This document shows positions 31,030-40,716 of a stretch of 64,000 nt of DNA, piece after piece. The first letter of the stretch is position 1, and the number at the start of each line of letters is the position of its first letter. The position numbers and the translations under genes were made by a program. The notes under the pieces were generated by a model. That model ran no database searches and was not told the DNA's origin. It saw nothing but the letters and a program-made list of their open reading frames with translations. Source of the stretch: Vitreimonas sp. Its GTDB lineage: Bacteria > Patescibacteriota > Microgenomatia > UBA1400 > PJMF01. The stretch lies in contig DASPLQ010000012.1 of the NCBI GenBank assembly GCA_035627515.1, positions 7,269-71,268 of the forward strand, written 5' to 3'.

Positions 31030-31572
31030 CTATCCTTGTAGATTGAATAAAAATGAGGGCTCAATATTGAGAACCTTGACTTTATGCACATCAAAATCAG
31101 TTCGGTATGTCACCACGGAATTAAGAGGAGCGCCAATAATTGCTTGGGCCAAAGGAGTTTCTAATGACACCATTATTTCTTGGCTAGTAAATCTGGTGTC
31201 AGATTCTGCTAAATATGAACTGTCATACGTAGAGCCCACCGTCGCGAAAATTATTTCCTTATCACCGTCTGCAAACTTTATTTCTAACTTCACACGATGT
31301 CCTTGTTTGACTGTGCTGGTATCTAAGACTTCGCTAGCGCTTAAGACTTCAATTAGCGCTAAATCAAAATTCAAACCATTATTTTGATCATGTCGTAATT
31401 CTTGTTCGCGGTGAATTTGATGCATTAAGGCTTCATCTAACATATCTCCATCACCAATATTTCCCATTACTCTCAACTCTTCTCCCATTTGTTTTATTTT
31501 TTGAATATTGGTATCAATGGTTCCCTTCATGGCTTCTACAGTTTGTGGGAAAACCTTAATTTCTTTTCGCAT
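31030..31572 (-). CDS. GreA/GreB-like transcription factor
   Basis: N-terminal coiled coil with acidic tip GDGDMLDE; C-terminal VSLETPLAQAIIG; AGGAG Shine-Dalgarno before ATG at 31572. Confidence 0.7.
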   Translation of the reverse strand: MRKEIKVFPQTVEAMKGTIDTNIQKIKQMGEELRVMGNIGDGDMLDEALMHQIHREQELRHDQNNGLNFDLALIEVLSASEVLDTSTVKQGHRVKLEIKFADGDKEIIFATVGSTYDSSYLAESDTRFTSQEIMVSLETPLAQAIIGAPLNSVVTYRTDFDVHKVKVLNIEPSFLFNLQG

Positions 31573-31756
31573 GTTGCTCCTACGCACTAGTTAAGTATTT
31601 TTATGTTCTTTGCATCGTAAAAAATAGTGAGAAAGTTGTCTAGAATGCGACATTTTTATTAAATAAATTTATTTTTACCTCAATAAAAATATGTCTGACG
31701 TTTTATGACAACCTAAAATTGAAGCAAAAATATGTATAAAATTTATTTAAAAAAAT

Positions 31757-31788
31757 AAAAAAAAGACGTCTAATAATTGACGTCTTTT
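31757..31788 (-). terminator. probable intrinsic terminator (possibly bidirectional)
   Basis: AAAAGACGTC-taataatt-GACGTCTTTT hairpin followed by a T-run on the minus strand, just downstream of the 31809 stop. Confidence 0.6.
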
Positions 31789-31808
31789 ATTAAAGTTGTG
31801 ATGAAATC

Positions 31809-32171
31809 TTAAATTGCCAGCACCTGAGACTCTAATTTTTCAAGTAAACGTGGCAGCTCTTTTTGAAGCGAATTCAGCTCTAAAGACTGCTTTTTGAGCT
31901 GGAGTTCTTTACGCCCTAACAAAGTGTACAAGACAAATGGCCGCTCGGCTCGTACGACCCGTTTATTTCGGATAATCATCTCAGATACCAGTCCTTTTTC
32001 AATCAAACTCTCGATATTCTGATGGACAGTTGTCCGAGCTATGCCAGTTAGCTGGCTTAACTTGAGAATGGTAATTGGCTGCTGTTTCTTTAATAAAAAG
32101 AAGTAGAGCGTGGTCTCCCGCTCAGAGAAACCTAAGGAATTAAAATAATTGTTGATGAGGTATTCGTTCAT
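31809..32171 (-). CDS. TrmB-family winged-HTH regulator (DNA-binding domain and coiled coil only)
   Basis: LGFSERETTLY...IARTTVHQNIESLIEKGLV, nearly identical to the recognition helix of 33181..33978. Confidence 0.8.
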   Translation of the reverse strand: MNEYLINNYFNSLGFSERETTLYFFLLKKQQPITILKLSQLTGIARTTVHQNIESLIEKGLVSEMIIRNKRVVRAERPFVLYTLLGRKELQLKKQSLELNSLQKELPRLLEKLESQVLAI

Positions 32172-32398
32172 AGTGAGCAAATACGATAACTAGTAATACT
32201 ATTGTGTGGAAGTTTAGCAGTTCCTTTCAGCACAAACAAATTTTTACATCAAAAAAATGTAAAAATAAGTATATTATGTTATTTAATATTGTCAATTATC
32301 ATTAATTTATTATTTTTAATCTGGTTTTAATGTCTAAAAAATATAACAGTTGTTAATTATTGACAACATATTTTCCACCTCATGGTATAATAGCTTCA

Positions 32399-33166
32399 AT
32401 GAAAAACGTCACACAGTACTTAGAACAGCTTGGTTTAACCCCGCTTGAGAGCCAACTTTACTTAGCCCTCCTCGAAAGTGGCCCGACTACGGTTCTACAA
32501 CTTTCCAATGCATCAAAGATTAAACGCGCGACTACCCATTTCAATGTCGAAAACTTAATTGCCAAAGGTTTAGTTTCACAAATTAGCCAAGGCTCACGCC
32601 GGCAAATCATTGCTGAGCCACCTGAAAAAATATTATTACTGTTAGATAAGCAAAAGTATCACCTCAAACAGTTAGAGCATCAATTTCCTGAAGTATTATC
32701 GACTATTCATCAAGAATTACCCCAAACCAAAAACACACAACGACCCGTGGTTAGGTATTATGAAAATCTAGAAGGTTTCAAAACAGCCACAATATTTTCT
32801 CTTGAACACGCCACAGATGAAATATTATTTATCACTAATCTTCTCCAATGGCATAACACCTATGACTCCAAGTATGATCGTGAACAATATATTGCTGAAC
32901 GCCTACGAAGAAATATTCCGCTCAGAGCCTTAGTGGTACCTCAAGGTGAGTATAGCGATCATTATCGATCTCTTGACAAAGAACTGCTTCGTGAAACCCG
33001 CTATCTACCGGTTGACTCAGACTTACGAACAACTATCTTCATTTATAATAATGAAGTTTCCATCATGCTTTCCAACGAACCTTTCACTTCAATCGTGATT
33101 GAAAGCCCAGAAATTTACGAAACGTTTAAAGCCTTATTTAATAGTCTTTGGCAAAAAGCTGAGTAG
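32399..33166 (+). CDS. TrmB-family regulator (wHTH plus C-terminal effector domain)
   Basis: LGLTPLESQLYLALL...LIAKGLV...AEPPE; C-terminal IFIYNNEVSI...F..LW; start follows TGgTATAAT. Confidence 0.85.
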   Translation: MKNVTQYLEQLGLTPLESQLYLALLESGPTTVLQLSNASKIKRATTHFNVENLIAKGLVSQISQGSRRQIIAEPPEKILLLLDKQKYHLKQLEHQFPEVLSTIHQELPQTKNTQRPVVRYYENLEGFKTATIFSLEHATDEILFITNLLQWHNTYDSKYDREQYIAERLRRNIPLRALVVPQGEYSDHYRSLDKELLRETRYLPVDSDLRTTIFIYNNEVSIMLSNEPFTSIVIESPEIYETFKALFNSLWQKAE

Positions 33167-33180
33167 AGTAGAGAGCTAAC

Positions 33181-33978
33181 ATGAACTTACCTTTGATATA
33201 TACCTTCATGTCTCAGTTAGGAGTTTCCCAACGCGAAGTGGAAATTTATCTGGAGCTACTTAAAACTGGCCCTACTAGCATTCTTTACCTCAGCAAGGTC
33301 ATGGAAATGCCGCGGACTACCATTCATCAAAACGTAGAAAGCCTGATTAATAAAGGATTAGTTATTGAACAAATTATTGGCAGCAAACGTAAGATTGCAG
33401 CGGAACCGCCAGCTAAAATTTCAGCTATTATCAAAGATAAAGAGCTGGCTTTAGAAAAAAAGGCTACTGAGATTGGGATACTTCAAGAAAATTATCATAC
33501 CGTTATCTCACAACTGAAAACTATTACTACGGCAGAAGATACTCCTCAAACAAAGGTGATGATTGTCGAAGGTAAACAAAATATTTCACGGCTTTACAGT
33601 GAGCTCTTGAAATCCAAGCAAATTAAAGCTTACTGCAGTGTTTCTGAAATTACAGAAATTTTCCCCAATAATTTCGAGAAATTCCTCGAGGCCAGTAATA
33701 AAGGTGCCCTCATTTGGGACCTAATTGAGGAAAAGTCATATGACATAACTAAAATAAGTCATTTTAGTAAATATCCTAATTATCACTATAAATTTTTTCC
33801 CGTTGATCTCACCATCGAGTGTATGGACTATTTACTTTATGATGACACGATTACTACTATCCAAGGGGGTAAAAACCCGTCCGCTATCATCATTAAAAGT
33901 CCACTACTTTATAAAAATGCTGTCAGAATCTTTGATTCTCTGTGGAACTTTTTACCTGAACCTAACTTAAATGCCTAA
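33181..33978 (+). CDS. TrmB-family regulator (wHTH plus C-terminal effector domain)
   Basis: LGVSQREVEIYLELL...RTTIHQNVESLINKGLV; C-terminal LLYDD...FDSLW. Confidence 0.85.
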   Translation: MNLPLIYTFMSQLGVSQREVEIYLELLKTGPTSILYLSKVMEMPRTTIHQNVESLINKGLVIEQIIGSKRKIAAEPPAKISAIIKDKELALEKKATEIGILQENYHTVISQLKTITTAEDTPQTKVMIVEGKQNISRLYSELLKSKQIKAYCSVSEITEIFPNNFEKFLEASNKGALIWDLIEEKSYDITKISHFSKYPNYHYKFFPVDLTIECMDYLLYDDTITTIQGGKNPSAIIIKSPLLYKNAVRIFDSLWNFLPEPNLNA

Positions 33979-34726
33979 TCTACCTATTCAACACAAACTA
34001 AATTTTACGCTTAATAAAAAATTATATACTGAGTTTTCTTTGGCTGCGGACAAAGCCGGCATCACCAAAGTGGAACTGTTAACAGAATGGATCAATCATA
34101 CTCATACACTGGACTTAGAACCAACAGCATCAACACTAATTGACCTAACAAGTTATAGTTTTCACTTAGATAATACTGTTTACTCCAAACTCATTGATTT
34201 AGCTCAAAAATTTCACTTAAATAAAAGTCACCTCTTGCGATTAATTATTCATAACAACATTTCAGGCTTTTCCCGCCATCAATCAGTGAGGGTGTTTGAT
34301 AATTTTATAAGACATGTTGAGGGGAAAAAAGCAGTAAGTGTTATCTATGATCAACTACTTGAGTCACCATTTTTGAAATCATACACGTATCTCGACAAAA
34401 CATATCGTTATTTTCCTGAAAATTTTGCTAAGTTTGCTCAAGCCGTGAGAAATGGTACAAAAGTTTTTAACATTTATCCTGATACTCAGGTATGCCATCA
34501 AGTAGAGAAGAAATTTCATGCTTTACAGTTAGAAAACTACCACCGAAAGTTTGCAAATATTTCATTGACTAACAACTGCATTAATGTATTACATAACCAC
34601 TCAACTGTGGCATTTATTTCAGTAGCCCCAGTGATTTCAGCGACCATTATAGATAACCCACTTTTGTATCAAAATTCACTCTCGATTCATGACTCACTTT
34701 GGAATCAGTTGCCCGCAAAGCTATAA
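33971..34726 (+). CDS. putative regulator: tandem RHH-like plus TrmB-C-like domain
   Basis: KLNFTL...AGITKVELLTEW; SYSFHL...HLLRLII; C-terminal VEGKK, FPENF and HDSLW shared with the TrmB paralog. Confidence 0.6.
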   Translation: MPNLPIQHKLNFTLNKKLYTEFSLAADKAGITKVELLTEWINHTHTLDLEPTASTLIDLTSYSFHLDNTVYSKLIDLAQKFHLNKSHLLRLIIHNNISGFSRHQSVRVFDNFIRHVEGKKAVSVIYDQLLESPFLKSYTYLDKTYRYFPENFAKFAQAVRNGTKVFNIYPDTQVCHQVEKKFHALQLENYHRKFANISLTNNCINVLHNHSTVAFISVAPVISATIIDNPLLYQNSLSIHDSLWNQLPAKL

Positions 34727-34731
34727 CCGTT

Positions 34732-35499
34732 ATGAACCCATTAGATCACAAACTAAACATTAAAATTGAACAAACACTCTATAGTGCCTTTTCTCAACTA
34801 GCTAATAGGGCTGGATTAACTAAGATTAATTTGTTAAGACAATGGTTACTTGAAGATGAAAACAAACCTTTGCTTTTAGAAACTCAAGACGAGCAAAATC
34901 AGAGTGTAGCATATAGTTTTTTCCTTGATCATCAGACTTTCACTAAGTTGGAAAAAAAAGCCTCTCTTTTAGGAATTAATACTAGTCTCTACCTGAAGCT
35001 ACTTATAAAAGCTCATACACATCCTGAAACAGGTTTAGCTGTTCAACTAGGTAAACAACATCAGTTTTATATACCAACCCAGTTTATGAAAATATATCAA
35101 GGAAAAGCAGATACCTTGAAAACGTACCAGAGAATACTCAAATCAAAATACATCAAAGCCTACACACAGTTAGATAAAATTTGGCCACTGTTACCAGAGA
35201 ACTATGATGACTTTGCAGATGCAGCGCGCATGGGCACCACCATTCACAATCTTAACATTGGGAGCTTGAATTCTAGACAAAAAGAACAACAATTTAAAAA
35301 ATTAGGTTTCGATAATTATGAGGGAAAGTTTTTACCTTTCGACCCTAAATGGAACTTTGTTGATTTGTTAATTACTGACCGAAAAGTAGCAATTATTCAA
35401 AGCTCGCCACAGCTCAGAGCTATCGAAATTAATCACCACTTTTTTCACAAACATTTATTTATGCTTCATGATTATTTGTGGAGGCTACTCCCAACTTAA
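34732..35499 (+). CDS. putative regulator: tandem RHH-like plus TrmB-C-like domain
   Basis: KLNIKI...AGLTKINLLRQW; LPENY; HDYLW. Confidence 0.6.
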   Translation: MNPLDHKLNIKIEQTLYSAFSQLANRAGLTKINLLRQWLLEDENKPLLLETQDEQNQSVAYSFFLDHQTFTKLEKKASLLGINTSLYLKLLIKAHTHPETGLAVQLGKQHQFYIPTQFMKIYQGKADTLKTYQRILKSKYIKAYTQLDKIWPLLPENYDDFADAARMGTTIHNLNIGSLNSRQKEQQFKKLGFDNYEGKFLPFDPKWNFVDLLITDRKVAIIQSSPQLRAIEINHHFFHKHLFMLHDYLWRLLPT

Positions 35500-35503
35500 A
35501 AGT

Positions 35504-36925
35504 ATGAAAAAGATTAGCTTTAAAGTGAACTCAGATGTTTTTAAAGCTTTTACTGATAAGGCTAAAAAATTGGGTTATCCTAAATCAAAAGTACTGAGGC
35601 AATGGTTGAATGAATTTTCACTCACTGATTCGTTAAGTGTCACTCCACAAACTAACACAGCTGATACAACCACTTACTCATTTCATTTGTCTGATAATGA
35701 GTGGCGGAAACTGCGGACAGGTGCTGAAAAACTTAATTTGAGTCATACCAAACTTTTACAGTTACTTATTACTGATCGTGTCCAGCGTTCTAGTGCTCAT
35801 CATAGTACTACTTTACTAAATAGCCAAAAATCCTCAAATGCTATTGAAGACCTCTGGAAAACAGGTTATTTATTAGAAGCCGTCAGAGAGGGAGATCGGT
35901 TACTTGAAAATTTGTCTCCACGCGATGTAATAACCTTAGTAAAAACTAGTTTGCGGATGGGCAACTTTTCTCACACTCAAGAATTACTGACGTTTATTAA
36001 AGAAGCTAGAGTTATTACATCACAGTCAAATTATTATCCCTTATATTTGGCATATAGAGCTGCGCATTTAATTCGAAACACTCATGATAATGAAACTTGC
36101 CAGGAGTTACTTAACCAAGCCTTAACCATCGCTAAAGTTCGTCGAGACCGTTTGTCTTTAGGGATTATCCACCGCGTCATTGGTGAAGTTAATTTTTACC
36201 TTGGGAATACTCCCGTCATCATTCATAATTATTTACTGTCCCTAGAGTACTTGGACCCGATTGAGTATCCTCTTGATTTCTTATATACAGTGCTGCATTT
36301 AGTCCGCATTTATATTGGTCAAAAAAACTGGCCATTAGTTAATTATTATTTACAAAAAGCAGATGAAATTTTAACCGAAAATCCAAATGCTTCATTTCAA
36401 TCATGGTACTACTTACAATTATCTAGAAAACAACTTCAACAAAACCAGCCCCAACAAGCTCTCTATACTATTGAAAAATCTATTGCTTTGAGCAGTGCGG
36501 TGAATAGTCAGTTTGATCAAACTATTGCCTATCGCGAAAAGGCCCAAATATTACTGAGTTTAAATAAAAATAATGAGGCTGAGCATTACTTTGAAAAATC
36601 GCTGACTCTCGATACTTTTTTGCGTCCAATAGCTTATCATCGCTCAGAGTTTAATCATTTATTTATGAGAGTTAGCAAAGGTGATACTATGTCCTTGAAA
36701 GAGCTTGAAAACCTAGCTCACCTCAGACCTGACCAACTCCCAGTTTTACTAGATTTTAGAAAGTACATGCATGTTGCTGCTCAATACCTCTTTGCTCCTA
36801 ATGCCTCAGAGAAACAAAAAGGAGAAGAAGGTCTTAAAGAGCTACATGCAACTAGTATCTACCCTGGCATGGCTCAAGCTGCTCAAACTGTCTTATTGCA
36901 TCATCGGCTCCAGCCTTTGGTCTAA
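35504..36925 (+). CDS. putative regulator: tandem RHH-like plus TPR repeats
   Basis: KISFKV...LGYPKSKVLRQWL; RDRLSLGIIHR; C-terminal YPGM...LQPLV as in 24748..26154. Confidence 0.65.
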   Translation: MKKISFKVNSDVFKAFTDKAKKLGYPKSKVLRQWLNEFSLTDSLSVTPQTNTADTTTYSFHLSDNEWRKLRTGAEKLNLSHTKLLQLLITDRVQRSSAHHSTTLLNSQKSSNAIEDLWKTGYLLEAVREGDRLLENLSPRDVITLVKTSLRMGNFSHTQELLTFIKEARVITSQSNYYPLYLAYRAAHLIRNTHDNETCQELLNQALTIAKVRRDRLSLGIIHRVIGEVNFYLGNTPVIIHNYLLSLEYLDPIEYPLDFLYTVLHLVRIYIGQKNWPLVNYYLQKADEILTENPNASFQSWYYLQLSRKQLQQNQPQQALYTIEKSIALSSAVNSQFDQTIAYREKAQILLSLNKNNEAEHYFEKSLTLDTFLRPIAYHRSEFNHLFMRVSKGDTMSLKELENLAHLRPDQLPVLLDFRKYMHVAAQYLFAPNASEKQKGEEGLKELHATSIYPGMAQAAQTVLLHHRLQPLV

Positions 36926-37000
36926 CATTACAGCACTTTGCTGTCATTTTTTGGCACACAGAGACGAACTTGGTATAATTGCTCCATCTTGAAACAAATC

Positions 37001-37756
37001 ATGAAAAAGTTAAATATACGGCTTCCAGCCACTCTTTTCTTAGCTTTTCATGAAAAAGCAAAAAGAAGTGGGGTGACCAAAAGCTCACTTCTCAAAGCTT
37101 GGCTCCGGCGACCAATGCCATTTTTCCAAATTCAGCGGGTTTATTCTCAACAACCTCAGATAAGTTACTCATTTAATCTGAGTGAATCAGAGGCTCATTT
37201 AACCACCAAAATCGCAACTGAATTTGGAGTTAGCGTCAATCTTCTACTGATTCAGGTAATCAAAACCCACACTCAAGATTTATTATTTCCATCATACTCT
37301 AGCCAAATTCCTACTGAAATCGCTTCATCTAGTGTCATTATTAAAGGCAAGGACAACTTTCGTAAAATGTATCTATCATTAATAAATGAACGGAATTTAT
37401 CCATGGTCACAGATGACGAAGCCTTTGAGCAACTTTTCCCAGATAATTTTTATGAATTTATTTATGCTATGAATAAAGGTTACCTTAATATCAGGAGTAT
37501 TGCTATTCCTAATGAAGTTGGTAAAGCCTTCTATACCAAGGCACTGGCAATTTCTCCACAATTTTCTCAATCAAATAAGTTTCACAGTGGTATTCTTCAG
37601 CCTAATTGCCTTGGATATCTCATTTCTCCAACCAAGTTTATTGTTGAACATGGCGGGACTGAACCTCAGGCTACTATTATTACTGATCCTCAGCTGGTTC
37701 AGTATGCTCACACATTATTTAACATGCAGTGGCAGACGCTCTCTAATTCAGATTAA
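37001..37756 (+). CDS. putative regulator: tandem RHH-like plus TrmB-C-like domain
   Basis: KLNIRLP...SGVTKSSLLKAW; IKGKD; FPDNF; FNMQW. Confidence 0.6.
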   Translation: MKKLNIRLPATLFLAFHEKAKRSGVTKSSLLKAWLRRPMPFFQIQRVYSQQPQISYSFNLSESEAHLTTKIATEFGVSVNLLLIQVIKTHTQDLLFPSYSSQIPTEIASSSVIIKGKDNFRKMYLSLINERNLSMVTDDEAFEQLFPDNFYEFIYAMNKGYLNIRSIAIPNEVGKAFYTKALAISPQFSQSNKFHSGILQPNCLGYLISPTKFIVEHGGTEPQATIITDPQLVQYAHTLFNMQWQTLSNSD

Positions 37757-37758
37757 TC

Positions 37759-38529
37759 ATGAAAAAAATTAATATCCGCATTCCTGCCTCTTTAGCAACT
37801 GCTTTTCAAGCTCGTGCAGACAAAGAGGGCATTACTAAATCATCACTGCTTCGCCAGTGGCTCCAACAACCGTTACTCTCATTGCCTCTCAATAGATTAG
37901 AAGCTGGTGGTTTTGAAATTAATTATTCGATTCAACTGGAACCATCATTATTTGAACTCTTACAAAAGCTTTCACAAGAGTTTGACTTGACGCTTAATCG
38001 GCTGGTGCAAGCCATTATTCAATACCATTTAACTGCTGAGTTTAATCCTCATCTAAACACACCTTTAGTACATATCCCTAAAAATGCTGAGGCATTTAAC
38101 ATTAAAGGCAAGGATAGAGTATGGCAGTTATATTTAGAATTAATTAAAGATCAACACATTTTTTCAGTTACTGATAGTAAAGCCATAGAGGAGATGTTCC
38201 CAGGAAACTTCTTTGACTATGTCTATGCCACACAAAAAGGTTACCTTAAAGCTCGAAGTATTACTCTTGATAATGAGCCCAGTAGAAATTTTTTACGTAA
38301 TGCCAGTGCTGTTTTACCCAGTTACCAATTTGATCACAAACTATTTTCCACGCCACAAACTCTCAATTGCGTAGGGTATATCACCACACCAAACAAAACC
38401 ATTATTGTCCGCAATGAAGGAGTGCCCTCCGCTGTAATAATGAATAACAAGCAATTAGCTTCATATTCATTACAAGTGTTTAAGTTGTTATGGCAGTCAC
38501 CTCTAACCAAGTACTTAAACTATGCTTAA
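37759..38529 (+). CDS. putative regulator: tandem RHH-like plus TrmB-C-like domain
   Basis: KINIRIP...EGITKSSLLRQW; IKGKD; FPGNF; FKLLW; close paralog of previous gene. Confidence 0.6.
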   Translation: MKKINIRIPASLATAFQARADKEGITKSSLLRQWLQQPLLSLPLNRLEAGGFEINYSIQLEPSLFELLQKLSQEFDLTLNRLVQAIIQYHLTAEFNPHLNTPLVHIPKNAEAFNIKGKDRVWQLYLELIKDQHIFSVTDSKAIEEMFPGNFFDYVYATQKGYLKARSITLDNEPSRNFLRNASAVLPSYQFDHKLFSTPQTLNCVGYITTPNKTIIVRNEGVPSAVIMNNKQLASYSLQVFKLLWQSPLTKYLNYA

Positions 38530-39931
38530 ACACCGTATCACATTTAGGTTAAGTCGCTCATTAGCAGCACACTTTGAAGAGAAAGCTTTAAAATCAGGCC
38601 TGACTAAAGCCAAGCTCCTTCGTGACTGGCTGCAAGTGACACCTGATCATTTTCAATTAAGCTCAGTACCCCACAACGATAACACTACCAGCTTCACCTT
38701 CCATCTCAATGCCAATGACTGGAAAAAGCTCAATCACCTCAGTCAAAGCTTAGGCTTAAGCAAAACTAAAGTTCTCCAACTCATCATCAATAATCAGGTT
38801 CAGGGAACACAACCCTCCGTCGCATTGGTGAATAATAAAGAATCGCACATCGATGAAGTTATTAAATCATTGTGGAATCAAGGGTATCTTGATCAGCTTA
38901 AAAATCATGCTTGCAACGATTTGGAATCCTTGAGTAGTGATCAAATTTTCTTGGTCATTCAATCCAATCTTGAATTGGGAAATTTTCACGAAGTCAAAGA
39001 ACAGCTAGCATTACTTAATACCAAGCCGGGAAGAGGTCTTTACTATCGCTGTAAACAATTGATTTGTGAAGCCCATTATTTAGTTCACTGCCAAAGAAAT
39101 CTCTTAACTAGTAAACAAACTATTGATGAAGCAATTGCACTTGCCGAGCAGTTACAAGATCGAGAACTATTAGGAATAACAAATAGAATTAATGGCGAAA
39201 TATACTTTTATAATGATCAACCGGAGAGAGCATTACACGCTCATCAACGAGCATTAGATTATCTGGATCCCATTATCTATCGTCATCACTTCTTGAGAAC
39301 GCTCCTGGACATGATTAAAATTTATATTGGCCAGCATAACTGGCTCATGGCTGAGTTATATGCAGCAAAAACAGCTGACATATTACAACGCAATCCAAAT
39401 ATTTACTTCCAATCATGGTATGAACGCCATCAAGCTCTTTATCACCTTGTCAAAGGAAATTTAACCGAATCATCGTATTACCTAAATAAATCCCTCACGA
39501 ATGTCACTTTATCAAACTCAATTTGGGCTTTAACGGTGCTGAACTTAAAAGGCAAAATTTTGATCACTCAACATAAAACTGCTGAAGCTTCCCAATTGTT
39601 TGAAGATGCCTTCACTTTTGACAGGTTATTACGGCCTACTTCATCTTTTTCCCGAGCCAAATTATATGCTTTATACATGCGCACAGCTGCTCATTATGAA
39701 AACAGCATTCAGGAGTTAGAAAAGTTAACTGAAAGTAATGCTCAGTCAGTAGAATCAAGCTTGGGGAAATATGTGCTTAACACTGCTCGTTACTTATACT
39801 CACCACTGGGGGCGGACCAAATTAAAGGTGAAGCCGGCCTCAAACAATTGAGTAGCGTCGGATCCTATCAAAGTCTTCGACACGCTGCCCTCAAGACATT
39901 GAGCACCCACGAAATCCAACCAGTTTTATAG
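38522..39931 (+). CDS. putative regulator: tandem RHH-like plus TPR repeats
   Basis: RITFRL...SGLTKAKLLRDW; YLDP...IYIGQ; C-terminal IQPVL. Confidence 0.65.
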   Translation: MLKHRITFRLSRSLAAHFEEKALKSGLTKAKLLRDWLQVTPDHFQLSSVPHNDNTTSFTFHLNANDWKKLNHLSQSLGLSKTKVLQLIINNQVQGTQPSVALVNNKESHIDEVIKSLWNQGYLDQLKNHACNDLESLSSDQIFLVIQSNLELGNFHEVKEQLALLNTKPGRGLYYRCKQLICEAHYLVHCQRNLLTSKQTIDEAIALAEQLQDRELLGITNRINGEIYFYNDQPERALHAHQRALDYLDPIIYRHHFLRTLLDMIKIYIGQHNWLMAELYAAKTADILQRNPNIYFQSWYERHQALYHLVKGNLTESSYYLNKSLTNVTLSNSIWALTVLNLKGKILITQHKTAEASQLFEDAFTFDRLLRPTSSFSRAKLYALYMRTAAHYENSIQELEKLTESNAQSVESSLGKYVLNTARYLYSPLGADQIKGEAGLKQLSSVGSYQSLRHAALKTLSTHEIQPVL

Positions 39932-39938
39932 GAAAATC

Positions 39939-40643
39939 TTACTTCTCTTCAATCTCAGTCACGGTTTTGTCATACCAGCTAGTGAGCATTTTGCCCACCA
40001 CGTCTTTGCCACCCAAACCGATGGCTAAACCAAAGCCGAGAGCAATCATGGCAATGAAACCTTGGAATAAAATCATGATGAAGTCACGAGCAATACCAAG
40101 CTCTGAAATAGCAGCCATGACACTGATAGTGATGACCATGTAACTCGACACCTTGCCCAAGAGGCGAGAAGCGTGACCATCAATACTCTTAATGGAAGCT
40201 TTGACGACGCTTTCTACCACTCCTGCCAATAAAGTCCCAAAGAATAAGACTAATATGGCTGAAAAGACCTGAGGAATGTATGCTAAAACCTTATCCAACA
40301 CACGCGAAACCGGATCCAAGCCCAAGATAGTGACTGTAGTGTGAATCACCAGCAACATGATCAGCCAATATACGATCGAACCTAATAATACTTCGATTTT
40401 TTGAGTCGCTTCGGTGTGAGCGACAAAGTGCTCAATGGGAGTGTTTTTGACGGCTTTAGAAACGCGCATCGTTTCTAAAATTTTGATGACTACGCGCTTG
40501 AAAGCTTTAGCAATCACTGTCCCAATTAAAAACACGAGCAAAGCGCCCACAATCCGAGGCAAATAGACTGAGAATTGAGCGATCGTTTGCGCTGTCACAA
40601 ATTGAAAGGTGTTTTGGAAGTTGGTGATCAAGGTTGGGTTCAT
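39939..40643 (-). CDS. TM-helix repeat membrane protein (MscS-associated/CmpX-like)
   Basis: YLPRIVGAL and YIPQVFSAI repeats; GLAIGLGGKD. Confidence 0.75.
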   Translation of the reverse strand: MNPTLITNFQNTFQFVTAQTIAQFSVYLPRIVGALLVFLIGTVIAKAFKRVVIKILETMRVSKAVKNTPIEHFVAHTEATQKIEVLLGSIVYWLIMLLVIHTTVTILGLDPVSRVLDKVLAYIPQVFSAILVLFFGTLLAGVVESVVKASIKSIDGHASRLLGKVSSYMVITISVMAAISELGIARDFIMILFQGFIAMIALGFGLAIGLGGKDVVGKMLTSWYDKTVTEIEEK

Positions 40644-40716
40644 GACACGATTATACGGTATAGGGGGAAAGTTGTTAAGCCCGCCCATTACCTCTAGGCA
40701 GGCCTAAAATACAAGC

